Below are positions 32,580 to 43,602 of a DNA stretch of 64,000 nt, in pieces. Each line of letters starts with the position of its first letter. Position 1 is the stretch's first letter. The translations under genes and the position numbers were made by a program. Location: the NCBI RefSeq assembly GCF_028689755.1, contig NZ_JAQVCO010000001.1. The stretch is one strand, 5' to 3'. Below the pieces are notes generated by a model, which was given only the letters and a program-made list of their open reading frames with translations, was not told the DNA's origin and made no database searches. Source of the stretch: Aquabacterium sp. GTDB lineage: Bacteria > Pseudomonadota > Gammaproteobacteria > Burkholderiales > Burkholderiaceae_C.

Positions 32580-33461
32580 ATGAACCGTATTGGCATCATC
32601 CTGGTCGGCGCGTTGCTGGCCCTCATCCTCGCGGCCTCCACGCTGTTTGTGGTCGATCAACGGCAGTTTGCCGTGGTCTACGCACTCGGCGAAATCAAGG
32701 AAGTCATCAGCGAACCCGGCCTCAAGGTCAAAATGCCAGCCCCGTTGCAGAACGTGGTGTTCCTGGATCGCCGCATCCAGACCCTCGACAGCACGGAGTC
32801 GCGCCCCATCTTCACGGCTGAAAAGAAGAGCCTGGTGATCGACTGGCTGGTCAAGTGGCGCATCACCGAACCCCGCCAGTTCATCCGCAACAACGGCGTG
32901 GACATACGCAATGCCGAGAACCGTCTGACCCCCATCGTGCAGGCCGCCCTGAACGAAGAGGTGACCAAGCGCACGGTCGGCGCCATGCTGTCGGCCGAGC
33001 GTGAGAAGGTCATGCAGGGCGTGATCCGTCGTTTGGGTGACGACGCCAAGTCGTTCGGCATCGAGATCGTCGACGTGCGCATCAAGCGCGTGGACTTCGT
33101 GGCCAACATCACCGAATCGGTCTATCGCCGCATGGAGTCCGAGCGCAAGCGCGTTGCCAACGAGCTGCGCTCCACCGGTGGCGCCGAAGGCGAAAAGATC
33201 CGCGCCGACGCAGACCGTCAGCGTGAAATCATCGTCGCCGAGGCCTATCGCGATGCCCAGAAGATCAAGGGTGAGGGCGATGCCAAGGCGTCCGCACTGT
33301 ATGCCGAGGCCTTCGGCAAGGATCCGCAGTTCGCGCAGTTCTACCGCAGCCTCGAGGCCTACCGCGGCAGCTTCCGCAGCAAGTCGGACGTGATGGTGAT
33401 TGACCAGAACAACGAGTTCTTCAAGGCCATGCGCGGTAATGGCGCCGGCGCGGCGCGCTGA
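32580..33461 (+). CDS. hflC: FtsH protease modulator HflC
   Basis: N-terminal TM helix, SPFH domain, RMESERKRVANELRSTG, FYRSLEAY. Confidence 0.96.
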   Translation: MNRIGIILVGALLALILAASTLFVVDQRQFAVVYALGEIKEVISEPGLKVKMPAPLQNVVFLDRRIQTLDSTESRPIFTAEKKSLVIDWLVKWRITEPRQFIRNNGVDIRNAENRLTPIVQAALNEEVTKRTVGAMLSAEREKVMQGVIRRLGDDAKSFGIEIVDVRIKRVDFVANITESVYRRMESERKRVANELRSTGGAEGEKIRADADRQREIIVAEAYRDAQKIKGEGDAKASALYAEAFGKDPQFAQFYRSLEAYRGSFRSKSDVMVIDQNNEFFKAMRGNGAGAAR

Positions 33462-33475
33462 TGGCCGTGCGTTGA

Positions 33476-33670
33476 ATGCTGGACGCATTCTGGATCGCAC
33501 TGGCCCTGCTGCTGGTGCTGGAAGGTCTGATGCCCGCCATCCATCCCCAGGGATGGCGGCGCATGTTCACCCAGTTGCTGCAACTGGACGATCAACAGAT
33601 CCGCAAGGTCGGACTGCTGAGCATGGTGCTCGGACTGGTGTTGTTGTGGGGGCTTCAGGCACTGTCCTGA
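33476..33670 (+). CDS. DUF2065 (YjeT-like) small membrane protein
   Basis: ALALLLVLEGLMP...P..WRRMF...IRKVG; conserved position after hflC. Confidence 0.85.
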   Translation: MLDAFWIALALLLVLEGLMPAIHPQGWRRMFTQLLQLDDQQIRKVGLLSMVLGLVLLWGLQALS

Positions 33671-33725
33671 GGCGTCCCTCACGGGAATGATCAACTTGGG
33701 CTGTCCAAGTTTCATCAGACACCGG

Positions 33726-33731
33726 TAGAAT
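33726..33731 (+). promoter_or_regulatory. Putative -10 element (TAGAAT) for hisZ-purA
   Basis: TAGAAT 29 nt upstream of hisZ ATG; weak -35 overlapped by an inverted repeat. Confidence 0.45.
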
Positions 33732-33760
33732 CTCGTTTTTAACCCCCCACACGTTTTCTT

Positions 33761-34954
33761 ATGTCGTCTGCTTGGCTGTTGCCAGAGCACATCGCTGACG
33801 TTTTGCCTGCGCAGGCGCGTCGCGTGGAAGAGCTGCGTCGGGTCTGGCTCGATGTGGCTCGTTGCTACGGGTATGAACTCGTGATGCCTCCCATGCTGGA
33901 GCACCTGGAGTCCCTGCTGTCCGGAACCGGACATGCTCTGGGCCTCAAGACCTTCAAGCTGGTCGATCAACTCAGCGGCCGTACCCTGGGCCTGCGGGCC
34001 GATACCACGCCCCAGGTGGCACGCATCGACGCGCACCTGCTCAATCGCGAGGGTGTGACCCGCCTGTGCTATTGCGGTCCGGTGTTGCACACCCGCCCGG
34101 AAGGCCCACACGCCACGCGCGAGCAGCTGCAACTGGGTGCCGAGATCTATGGTCATGCCGGCCTGGAAGCCGACCTCGAAGCCGCCGAACTGGCGCTCGA
34201 AGGTTTGCAGGTGTCCGCGCTCCAGGGGCTGGTTGTCGACTTTGCCGACGTTCGGCTGGTGCAAGGCGTTCTGGCAGGACTGGGGGTCACGAATCTGGAG
34301 CCCGCGCTGCACGATGCCTTGGTCGAGGCCCTGACCAACAAGGACGTCGCCACCTTGCGTGAGCTGGCCGGGCAGGGCGCTTTGCGTCAGGCTCCTGATG
34401 CGGCCAAGGTGCTGGTCAGCCTGACCACCTTGTTCGGCGGTACCGAGGTCTTGGCGCGTGCCCGTGCGTTGCTGCCGGCTCATGAACTGATTCACCAGGC
34501 CCTGGCCGACCTGGGCTGGCTGGCCGAGCACCTGCAGACGTCCCACCCGGATGTCAGCATCGGCTTTGACCTCTCCGATTTCAGTGGCTACGCCTACTAC
34601 AGCGGCATTCGCTTCGCGGTGTACGGCGCAGGCCACGCCAACGCGCTGGTGCGCGGTGGGCGGTACGACGAAGTCGGTGCCGTGTTCGGCCGGCGTCGTC
34701 CGGCCGCCGGTTTCAGCCTGGATCTGAAGATCCTCGTTGACCTGCTGGCCAGCCACCAGGAGCAGGCCGCCCACACGGCCGTCTGCGCCCCCTGGGGCAG
34801 TGATCCTGCTTTGCGGCAGGCCATCCGCGAACTGAGAGGGCAGGGCCACACTGTGGTGTGCGTGCTGCCCGGACATGAACACGACGTCCAGGAATTTGAT
34901 TGCGATCGCGAACTCGCGCTCGTCGATGGACGCTGGTCGGTGCGCGCGCTCTGA
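33761..34954 (+). CDS. hisZ: ATP phosphoribosyltransferase regulatory subunit
   Basis: [43 protein letters not shown]; hisZ-purA synteny. Confidence 0.93.
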   Translation: MSSAWLLPEHIADVLPAQARRVEELRRVWLDVARCYGYELVMPPMLEHLESLLSGTGHALGLKTFKLVDQLSGRTLGLRADTTPQVARIDAHLLNREGVTRLCYCGPVLHTRPEGPHATREQLQLGAEIYGHAGLEADLEAAELALEGLQVSALQGLVVDFADVRLVQGVLAGLGVTNLEPALHDALVEALTNKDVATLRELAGQGALRQAPDAAKVLVSLTTLFGGTEVLARARALLPAHELIHQALADLGWLAEHLQTSHPDVSIGFDLSDFSGYAYYSGIRFAVYGAGHANALVRGGRYDEVGAVFGRRRPAAGFSLDLKILVDLLASHQEQAAHTAVCAPWGSDPALRQAIRELRGQGHTVVCVLPGHEHDVQEFDCDRELALVDGRWSVRAL

Positions 34955-36349
<1,395 letters not shown>

Positions 36350-36395
36350 AGCACGGCTGCCACGATTCACACCGCCACCCGCCAAAGGAATCCCC

Positions 36396-36917
36396 ATGCT
36401 CACCGACGACGGCAAACATCTGTATGTCTCCTGGGAGGAGTACCACCAACTGATCGAGCGCCTGGCCTTGAAGGTGCATGCGTCGGGTTGGGAGTTTGAT
36501 CAGATCCTCTGCCTCGCCCGTGGTGGTTTGCGCCCCGGCGACATGATTTCGCGCATTTTCAATGTGCCACTGGGCATCATGTCCACCAGCTCCTACCGTG
36601 ACGATGGCGGCACCTTGCAGGGGCGCCTGGACATGGCGAAGTACATCACCATGCCCAAAGGTGAACTGGCTGGCCGGGTGCTGCTGATCGATGACCTGGC
36701 TGACTCCGGTGTGACCTTGCGTGCGGTGGTCGACCGCCTGCGCGCCATGCCGGCCATCACCGAGCTGCGCTCGGCGGTCATCTGGGTGAAGGGGGTATCG
36801 ACCTACACGCCTGACTACCATGTGGAGTCGCTGCCCACCAGCCCCTGGATTCACCAGCCTTTTGAAGAGTACGACACGCTGCGCCCCGAGGCCCTGCTCA
36901 AGCGCTACAAGGTTTGA
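36396..36917 (+). CDS. Type I phosphoribosyltransferase (Gpt/Hpt-like)
   Basis: PRPP-binding VLLIDDLADSGVTL, LARGGL; start set at ATG 36396. Confidence 0.88.
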   Translation: MLTDDGKHLYVSWEEYHQLIERLALKVHASGWEFDQILCLARGGLRPGDMISRIFNVPLGIMSTSSYRDDGGTLQGRLDMAKYITMPKGELAGRVLLIDDLADSGVTLRAVVDRLRAMPAITELRSAVIWVKGVSTYTPDYHVESLPTSPWIHQPFEEYDTLRPEALLKRYKV

Positions 36918-36957
36918 GCAAGTGTTTCTCGCCTTCAACAGCGTGAAAGCCAACAGC

Positions 36958-36984
36958 AAGCAGCCTTCGGGCTGCTTTTCTTTT
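36958..36984 (+). terminator. Rho-independent terminator after purA-PRTase
   Basis: AAGCAGCC-TTCG-GGCTGCTT followed by TTCTTTT. Confidence 0.85.
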
Positions 36985-37080
36985 GGGCCTAGCGCCAAGA
37001 GACGGGGGCCAGCCGACAGGTCAGGTCAGCCCAAGGCGGGAGCCGTGACAGAGCGTGGGGGAGTTTTAGTCAGGCAAAAG

Positions 37081-37114
37081 AAAAAGCCGCTTGATCGAAG
37101 ATCAAGCGGCTTTT
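37081..37114 (-). terminator. Terminator of tRNA-Leu copy 1 (potentially bidirectional)
   Basis: AAAAAGCCGCTTGATC-GAA-GATCAAGCGGCTTTT, with an A-tract on one side and a T-tract on the other. Confidence 0.85.
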
Positions 37115-37118
37115 CAAT

Positions 37119-37203
<85 letters not shown>

Positions 37204-37252
37204 AGGTACTTTTTTGACTTGGCTTCGTTGCCGTCGCCGTGTCGAGAACGTA

Positions 37253-37282
37253 AATATAGCATTTATTTGGCGCTTGTGTCCA
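37253..37282 (-). promoter_or_regulatory. Putative sigma70 promoter for tRNA-Leu copy 1
   Basis: Minus strand TGGACA-N18-TATATT with extended -10 TG. Confidence 0.5.
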
Positions 37283-37492
37283 ATGGCGGCGGTTGGGCAT
37301 CACGATGTCAGCTTTGTGCAACAACGGCATCAGATGCATGGGCCGTGTCGTCCAGGGGTGCATGGTGTACTCTGTGACTGTGTACAGCATGTTGCGTTGG
37401 CCCCTCGCTCACCACTCATCGCCCGGTGCGATCGATGTGTTGCGCAACTGCGTGTCGGGTGTGCTGTGCCGCTGCATCTGCAGCGCGCAAAC

Positions 37493-37526
37493 AAAAAGCC
37501 GCTTGACACAAGGTCAAGCGGCTTTT
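37493..37526 (-). terminator. Terminator of tRNA-Leu copy 2 (potentially bidirectional)
   Basis: AAAAAGCCGCTTGAC-ACAAG-GTCAAGCGGCTTTT. Confidence 0.85.
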
Positions 37527-37530
37527 CAAT

Positions 37531-37615
<85 letters not shown>

Positions 37616-37678
37616 AGGTACTTTTTACGCTGTAGTCGCTGCAACAAATATGTTGTTGCGTCATCAGCGAAGAATTAA

Positions 37679-37708
37679 ATTCTAGCATCAAAATAAGACC
37701 CATGACAA
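37679..37708 (-). promoter_or_regulatory. Putative sigma70 promoter for tRNA-Leu copy 2
   Basis: Minus strand TTGTCA-N18-TAGAAT with extended -10 TG; the -35 overlaps the first rnr ATG. Confidence 0.55.
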
Positions 37709-40038
37709 CATCTGCACCACAAATTTTGGACCTCATGAGTGAAATCGTCGGCACGGTACAAGGTCACCGCGACGGGCATGGGTTCGTTCAGGCCGATGAT
37801 GGGGACGCCAGCGTCTTCTTGCCCCCGCAGGAGATGCGCTCGGTCATGCACCGGGACCGGGTGAAGGTGCGTGTGGTCCGTTTCGACCGCCGCGGCCGGC
37901 CAGAAGGCCTGGTGTTGGACATCATCGAGCGCCGCAAAACCCCGATCATCGGTCGGCTGTTGCAAGAAGGCGGCGCCTGGCTGGTGGCGCCTGAAGACCG
38001 CCGCTTTGGTCAGGACATTCTGATCTCGCCCAAGGGCACGGCCAATGCCGAGCCAGGGCAGGTGGTGGCCGTTGAGCTGACCGAAGCCCCGTCCTTGCTG
38101 GCCAAGCCGGTGGGGCGTGTCGTGGAGGTGCTGGGAGGCATCGACGACCCGGGGATGGAGATCGAGATCGCGGTGCGCAAGTACGAGGTGCCGCACCGCT
38201 TCAGCGACGCCACGCTGGCGCAAGCTGCCAAGCTGCCCGAGAAGGTGCGCGCCACCGACAAGAAGCAACGCATTGACCTGACGGATGTGTCCATGGTGAC
38301 CATCGACGGTGAGGATGCGCGCGACTTCGACGATGCGGTGTACTGCGAGCCGGCCACCATCGGTCGCGCCAAGGCGCCCAACGGCTGGCGTCTGCTCGTG
38401 GCGATCGCCGACGTGAGTCACTATGTCAAGCCGGGTGAGCATCTGGACCTGGATGCATACGAGCGCGCCACCTCGGTGTACTTTCCGCGCCGCGTGATTC
38501 CCATGCTGCCCGAGAAGCTCTCCAACGGCCTGTGTTCACTGAACCCGGATGTCGAACGTCTGTCGATGGTGTGCGACATGCTGGTCACCGCCGATGGCGA
38601 TGTGCATGCCTACCAGTTCTTCCCGGCCGTGATCCGCTCTCACGCCCGCCTGACCTACACAGAAGTGGCCGCGATCCTGGGCAACACCCGGGGACCGGAG
38701 GCCCTGCGTCGGCCCGAGTTGCTGCCGCATCTCTTGCACCTCCACGAGGTGTACCGTGCGCTGTTGAAGTCGCGCTCCGGTCGGGGGGCGGTCGACTTTG
38801 ACACCACCGAGACCCAGATCGTCTGTGACGACAACGGCCGCATTGCCAAGATCGTGCCGCGCGTGCGCACCGATGCGCACCGCTTGATTGAAGAGTGCAT
38901 GCTGGCCGCCAACGTGTGCTCGGCCGACTTCATCACGCGTGCCAAGCATCCATCCTTGTTCCGTGTCCACGAGGGGCCGACGCCTGAAAAACGGCAGTTG
39001 CTGAGAAACTATCTGAAGGCCTTGGGTCTGGGTTTGTCCTTGGGTGAGGAGCCGCAGCCGGGGGATTACCAGGCGATCGCGCAGGCGGTGAAAGACCGGC
39101 CTGACGTCACGCAGATCCACACCATGATGCTGCGATCCATGCAGCAGGCCATCTACACCCCGACCAACAGCGGTCACTTCGGCCTGGCTTACGAGGCTTA
39201 CACCCACTTCACCAGCCCCATTCGCCGCTATCCCGATTTGCTGGTGCACCGCGTGATCAAGGCCTTGCTGGGTCGGGGGCGCTACGACCTGAAGTTGCCA
39301 GCCGTGCAGCATCAGGTTGGCAATGTGAAGCGCAAGCCTGGCGGTGCGCGGGGTGCGCTCAGCAAGGGCCTGCCAGCGGCGCCGACCAAGGCGGTCGCTC
39401 GCCTCAAGCTGCCGCCGGCCGAGGCGGCCGCTTGGGAGACCGTTGGTATCCATTGCAGCGCCAACGAGCGGCGTGCCGACGAGGCGTCCCGCGACGTGGA
39501 AGCCTGGCTCAAGTGCATGTTCATGCGTGAGCGTCTGGGCGAAGAGTACGGTGGCACGGTGAGTGCCGTGACCAGTTTCGGTTTGTTCGTGCAGCTGGAT
39601 GGGCTGTATGTGGAGGGACTCATCCACATCACCGAGCTGGGTGGCGAGTACTACCGGTTTGACGAAACACGTCAGGAGCTTCGCGGCGAGCGCACCGGAA
39701 CGCGCTATGTCGTCGGTTCTCGCGTGCGCGTGCAAGTCAGTCGGGTTGACCTCGATACCCGCAAGATCGACTTCCGTCTGGTGCGTGAGGCTGGCGAGGA
39801 GCGGCCTGCTGCAGCGTCCGGGCGCAAGCGCAATCGCGGCTCGGACAAGGACTGGGTCGAGCCCGGCGCGGCGCAGGAGGCGCTGGCCGAGGTGCGGCAG
39901 GCCGATCTCGAGGTCAAGCGTGCCACCAAGGCGGCGCGGGGATCTGGCAAGGGGCGCGCCCGGGTGTCGGTGGCGGCCACGGTGTCGGGCAAGACCGGCA
40001 AAGCCAGTGCAAGCAAGGGTTCACGCGGCAAGCGCTGA
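37702..40038 (+). CDS. rnr: Ribonuclease R
   Basis: CSD (GHRDGHGF), RNB catalytic TIDGEDARDFDDA, HFTSPIRRYPDL, S1 domain, basic tail; start may be the later ATG (MSEIVG). Confidence 0.96.
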   Translation: MTTSAPQILDLMSEIVGTVQGHRDGHGFVQADDGDASVFLPPQEMRSVMHRDRVKVRVVRFDRRGRPEGLVLDIIERRKTPIIGRLLQEGGAWLVAPEDRRFGQDILISPKGTANAEPGQVVAVELTEAPSLLAKPVGRVVEVLGGIDDPGMEIEIAVRKYEVPHRFSDATLAQAAKLPEKVRATDKKQRIDLTDVSMVTIDGEDARDFDDAVYCEPATIGRAKAPNGWRLLVAIADVSHYVKPGEHLDLDAYERATSVYFPRRVIPMLPEKLSNGLCSLNPDVERLSMVCDMLVTADGDVHAYQFFPAVIRSHARLTYTEVAAILGNTRGPEALRRPELLPHLLHLHEVYRALLKSRSGRGAVDFDTTETQIVCDDNGRIAKIVPRVRTDAHRLIEECMLAANVCSADFITRAKHPSLFRVHEGPTPEKRQLLRNYLKALGLGLSLGEEPQPGDYQAIAQAVKDRPDVTQIHTMMLRSMQQAIYTPTNSGHFGLAYEAYTHFTSPIRRYPDLLVHRVIKALLGRGRYDLKLPAVQHQVGNVKRKPGGARGALSKGLPAAPTKAVARLKLPPAEAAAWETVGIHCSANERRADEASRDVEAWLKCMFMRERLGEEYGGTVSAVTSFGLFVQLDGLYVEGLIHITELGGEYYRFDETRQELRGERTGTRYVVGSRVRVQVSRVDLDTRKIDFRLVREAGEERPAAASGRKRNRGSDKDWVEPGAAQEALAEVRQADLEVKRATKAARGSGKGRARVSVAATVSGKTGKASASKGSRGKR

Positions 40039-40045
40039 GGGGGTC

Positions 40046-40074
40046 TGGATGGTTTGCTGGTTTCGTGCTAGAAT
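40046..40074 (+). promoter_or_regulatory. Putative rpsB-tsf promoter
   Basis: TGGATG-N17-TAGAAT with extended -10 TG; an alternative GATAAT lies at 40108-40113. Confidence 0.5.
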
Positions 40075-40111
40075 GCCAGAGTTTGCCCGAATCCCCGGGT
40101 AGATTTTGATA

Positions 40112-40204
40112 ATCACGAAATCGGCAATCCAAGGTGTTGCAGCCGGCTCGCAAGAGTAGGCTGCGATCGCTGTCGATTTCCAGATCCAACCTCTGGAGCA
40201 ATTC
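40112..40204 (+). ncRNA. rpsB 5' leader (S2 autoregulatory element, t44-like)
   Basis: Outer stem GAAATCGGCA (40117-26)/TGTCGATTTC (40171-80) enclosing GCAGCC..CTC-GCAA-GAG..GGCTGC; position and architecture match the known rpsB leader. Confidence 0.7.
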
Positions 40205-40957
40205 ATGTCCGTATCCATGCGCGAAATGCTGGAAGCCGGTGTCCACTTCGGTCACCAAACCCGCTTCTGGAACCCCAAGATGGCCCCGTACATCTTCGGC
40301 CATCGCAACAAGATTCACATCATCAACCTTGAGAAGACGCAGCCCGCCTTCGAAGAGGCCCTGAAGTTCATCAAGCAGCTGTCGGCTCGCCGTGGCACCG
40401 TGATGATGGTTGGCACCAAGCGTCAATCGCGCGACACCATCGCTCTGGAAGCCGCACGCGCTGACGTGCCTTTCGTCAACCAGCGCTGGTTGGGCGGCAT
40501 GCTGACCAACTTCAAGACCGTCAAGGGTTCTTTGAAGAAGCTCAAGGACATGCAGGCTGTGGTCGAAACCGGCCTGGACAACCTGAAGAAGAAGGAAGGC
40601 CTGCTGTTCCAACGTGACCTGGCCAAGCTGGAAAAAGACATCGGCGGCATCCAGGACATGGCTGTGTTGCCTGACGCCATCTTCGTGATCGACGTCGGCT
40701 ATCACAAGATTGCCATCGCAGAAGCCAAGAAGCTGGGCATTCCCGTCATCGGCGTGGTTGACACCAACCACTCGCCCGAAGGCATCGACTACGTCATTCC
40801 CGGTAACGACGACTCCTCCAAGGCTGTGGCGCTGTACGCCAAGGCCGTGGCTGACGCCATCCTGGAAGGCAAGGCCAACGCCGTGAACGAAGTCGTGGCC
40901 GCTGCTGCCGCCAATGCTGGCGATGACGAGTTTGTGGAAGTCAACGAAGCCGTTTAA
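40205..40957 (+). CDS. rpsB: 30S ribosomal protein S2
   Basis: [38 protein letters not shown]. Confidence 0.99.
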   Translation: MSVSMREMLEAGVHFGHQTRFWNPKMAPYIFGHRNKIHIINLEKTQPAFEEALKFIKQLSARRGTVMMVGTKRQSRDTIALEAARADVPFVNQRWLGGMLTNFKTVKGSLKKLKDMQAVVETGLDNLKKKEGLLFQRDLAKLEKDIGGIQDMAVLPDAIFVIDVGYHKIAIAEAKKLGIPVIGVVDTNHSPEGIDYVIPGNDDSSKAVALYAKAVADAILEGKANAVNEVVAAAAANAGDDEFVEVNEAV

Positions 40958-40976
40958 GGCTCCTTGATTTCGCAAG

Positions 40977-41004
40977 AAGGGGCTGACAATCAGCCCCTTT
41001 TTTT
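40977..41004 (+). terminator. Intrinsic terminator between rpsB and tsf
   Basis: AAGGGGCTGA-CAA-TCAGCCCCTT-TTTTT. Confidence 0.85.
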
Positions 41005-41061
41005 AACAAAATTTTTCTGCGACGGCGCTTTGCCCGCTCGCAAACCAAACGGAGAAAGCTA

Positions 41062-41958
41062 ATGGCTGCAATCACCGCCAGCATGGTCGCCGAACTGCGC
41101 GCCAAGACCGATGCTCCCATGATGGAGTGCAAGAAAGCTCTGACCGAGGCCGATGGCGATTTCGCCAAGGCGGAAGAGATCCTGCGCGTCAAGCTGGGCA
41201 GCAAGGCCTCCAAGGCCGCCTCGCGCGTGACCGCCGAAGGCGTGGTGTCCGCTTATGTCGATGGCTCGACCGGCGCTTTGGTGGAAATCAACTGCGAAAC
41301 CGACTTCGTGTCGAAGAACGATTCGTTCCTCGCTTTCGGCAAGTCGGTGGCCGAGTTGATCGCCAAGAACAACCCCGCTGACGTCGCTGCCATTGGCGAG
41401 CTGCCGTTGTCGCAAGACGGCTTCGGCCCGACCGTGGAAGAAGTCCGCAAGGGCCTGATCGGCAAGATCGGCGAGAACATGGCCATCCGCCGCTTCAAGC
41501 GTTACGCTGACGGTGGCAAGCTGGCCGCCTACCTGCACGGCGCCCGCATCGGTGTGGTCGTCGAATTTGAAGGCGACGACGTGGCTGCCAAGGACGTCGC
41601 CATGCACGTGGCCGCCATGAAGCCTGTGTCGCTGTCGTCGGCTGACGTGCCGGCTGCGCTGATCGAAACCGAGCGCAGCGTGGCCACGGCCAAGGCGGCC
41701 GAGGCCGGCAAGCCTGCTGACATCGCTGCCAAGATGATCGAAGGCGCCGTTCAGAAGTACCTGAAGGAAGTCTCCCTGTTCAACCAGGTCTTCGTGAAGG
41801 CCGCTGACGGCAAGCAAACCGTTGAGCAATACCTGAAGGCGACCAACACGACGGTCAAGTCGTTCACCATGTTCGTGGTGGGCGAGGGCATCGAGAAGAA
41901 GCAGGACGACTTCGCAGCCGAAGTGGCGGCCACGATGGCCGCAGCCAAGGGTCAGTAA
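41062..41958 (+). CDS. tsf: Elongation factor Ts
   Basis: [36 protein letters not shown]. Confidence 0.99.
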   Translation: MAAITASMVAELRAKTDAPMMECKKALTEADGDFAKAEEILRVKLGSKASKAASRVTAEGVVSAYVDGSTGALVEINCETDFVSKNDSFLAFGKSVAELIAKNNPADVAAIGELPLSQDGFGPTVEEVRKGLIGKIGENMAIRRFKRYADGGKLAAYLHGARIGVVVEFEGDDVAAKDVAMHVAAMKPVSLSSADVPAALIETERSVATAKAAEAGKPADIAAKMIEGAVQKYLKEVSLFNQVFVKAADGKQTVEQYLKATNTTVKSFTMFVVGEGIEKKQDDFAAEVAATMAAAKGQ

Positions 41959-41970
41959 CCCGAAGCAAAA

Positions 41971-41993
41971 CAAGGGGGCTTCTGGCCCCCTTG
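41971..41993 (+). terminator. Probable terminator hairpin after tsf
   Basis: CAAGGGGGC-TTCTG-GCCCCCTTG; weak U tail. Confidence 0.6.
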
Positions 41994-42148
41994 TGCTATG
42001 TGCCCCGTCCACGACCGGGCGAGGCAAGCTGCCGGAGGGGGAACCTTCGCGCCAGCACCCATTCAAAAAGCCTGACAAGGCTGGCGATGACTGAAACTTG
42101 CGATAACCTTCAGTCTCGCTTCTCACGTAGACCACCAAGGACATCTGC

Positions 42149-42859
42149 ATGCCCGCCTACAAGCGCATCCTCTTGAAACTTTCCGGTGAAGCCCTGATGG
42201 GTGACGATGCCTACGGCATCAACCGGGCGACCATTGTGCGCATGGTCAAGGAAATCCAGGAGGTCACCGCCCTGGGCGTGCAGGTGGCCGTGGTCATCGG
42301 TGGTGGCAACATTTTCCGCGGCGTCGCGGGCGGCTCGGTCGGCATGGACCGCGCCACGGCTGACTACATGGGCATGCTGGCCACGGTGATGAACTCCCTG
42401 GCTTTGGCTGACACCATGCGTCAGGAGGGCATGACCGCTCGCGTGATGTCGGCCATCAGCATCGACCAGGTGGTCGAGCCTTACGTGCGTCCCAAGGCCT
42501 TGCAGTACCTCGAAGAGGGCAAGGTGGTGGTGTTCGCTGCGGGCACGGGCAATCCCTTCTTCACGACCGATACGGCCGCCGCGTTGCGCGGTGCCGAAAT
42601 CGGCGCGGAGGTCATGCTCAAGGCCACCAAGGTCGATGGCGTCTACACCGCCGACCCCAAGAAAGACCCTTCGGCCACGCGTTATGCCAGCATCACGTTC
42701 GATGAGGCCCTGATCAAGAACCTGCAGGTGCTGGACGCGACCGCCTTCGCCCTGTGCCGTGACCAGAACCTGCCATTGAAGGTGTTTTCGATTTTCAAAC
42801 CCGGCGCGCTCAAGCGCGTGGTGTTGGGTGAAGACGAAGGGACGCTGGTTCACGTTTGA
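42149..42859 (+). CDS. pyrH: UMP kinase
   Basis: [36 protein letters not shown]. Confidence 0.98.
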   Translation: MPAYKRILLKLSGEALMGDDAYGINRATIVRMVKEIQEVTALGVQVAVVIGGGNIFRGVAGGSVGMDRATADYMGMLATVMNSLALADTMRQEGMTARVMSAISIDQVVEPYVRPKALQYLEEGKVVVFAAGTGNPFFTTDTAAALRGAEIGAEVMLKATKVDGVYTADPKKDPSATRYASITFDEALIKNLQVLDATAFALCRDQNLPLKVFSIFKPGALKRVVLGEDEGTLVHV

Positions 42860-42923
42860 TCCGGCCCTTCCTTCCCCATTTTTCAAGCGTCAGTCGGCCC
42901 TAGGCCTTCGTACGGAGCTTCCC

Positions 42924-43484
42924 ATGAGCATTGCAGAGATCAAAAAGACCGCCGAGCAGAAAATGCTCAAGTCCATCGAGGCTTTCAAAGTCGAGTTGTC
43001 CAAGATTCGCACCGGCCGTGCCCACCCTGGCATCCTGGATCAGGTGCAGGTCGAGTACTACGGCTCGCTGGTGCCCATTAGCCAGGTGGCCAACGTGACG
43101 CTGCAAGATGCGCGCACCATCAGTGTTCAGCCTTGGGAAAAGGGCATGGGCGCCAAAATCGAGAAGGCCATCCGCGAATCGGACCTGGGGCTGAATCCGG
43201 CCAGCCAGGGTGACCTGATTCGTGTGCCGATGCCAGCACTCACCGAAGAGCGCCGCAAGGAGTTGACCAAGGTGGTGAAGTCTGCGGGCGAAGACACCAA
43301 GATTGCCGTGCGCAATCTGCGTCGTGATGCCAACGAGCATGCCAAGCGCTTGCTCAAGGACAAGGAAATCACGGAAGACGACGACCGTCGTTCGCAAGAC
43401 GAGATCCAGAAGCTGACCGACAAGACGATCGTTGAGATCGACAAGCTGGTGCAAGCCAAGGAAGCCGAAGTGCTGGCCGTTTGA
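42924..43484 (+). CDS. frr: Ribosome recycling factor
   Basis: [29 protein letters not shown]; start set at ATG 42924 with GGAG RBS. Confidence 0.98.
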   Translation: MSIAEIKKTAEQKMLKSIEAFKVELSKIRTGRAHPGILDQVQVEYYGSLVPISQVANVTLQDARTISVQPWEKGMGAKIEKAIRESDLGLNPASQGDLIRVPMPALTEERRKELTKVVKSAGEDTKIAVRNLRRDANEHAKRLLKDKEITEDDDRRSQDEIQKLTDKTIVEIDKLVQAKEAEVLAV

Positions 43485-43517
43485 GGCGGCGCGCTTTGCC
43501 ATAATGGCGACCACGTC

Positions 43518-43546
43518 CGAGGCGGTCTGACCGCCTCGTTCTGTTT
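43518..43546 (+). terminator. Probable intrinsic terminator between frr and uppS
   Basis: CGAGGCGG-TCTGA-CCGCCTCG then TTCTGTTT. Confidence 0.6.
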
Positions 43547-43602
43547 GCGGACATGCGGGCTGCCATGGCGGCCCGCTCTCACATTCCCGGATTCATTCTT
43601 CG

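Noticed and set aside
37372-37387. LexA-like CTGT-N8-ACAG in the tRNA spacer
   Set aside because: The spacer GACTGTGT is not AT-rich, no SOS gene is adjacent, and about one such 8-base match is expected by chance in 64 kb.
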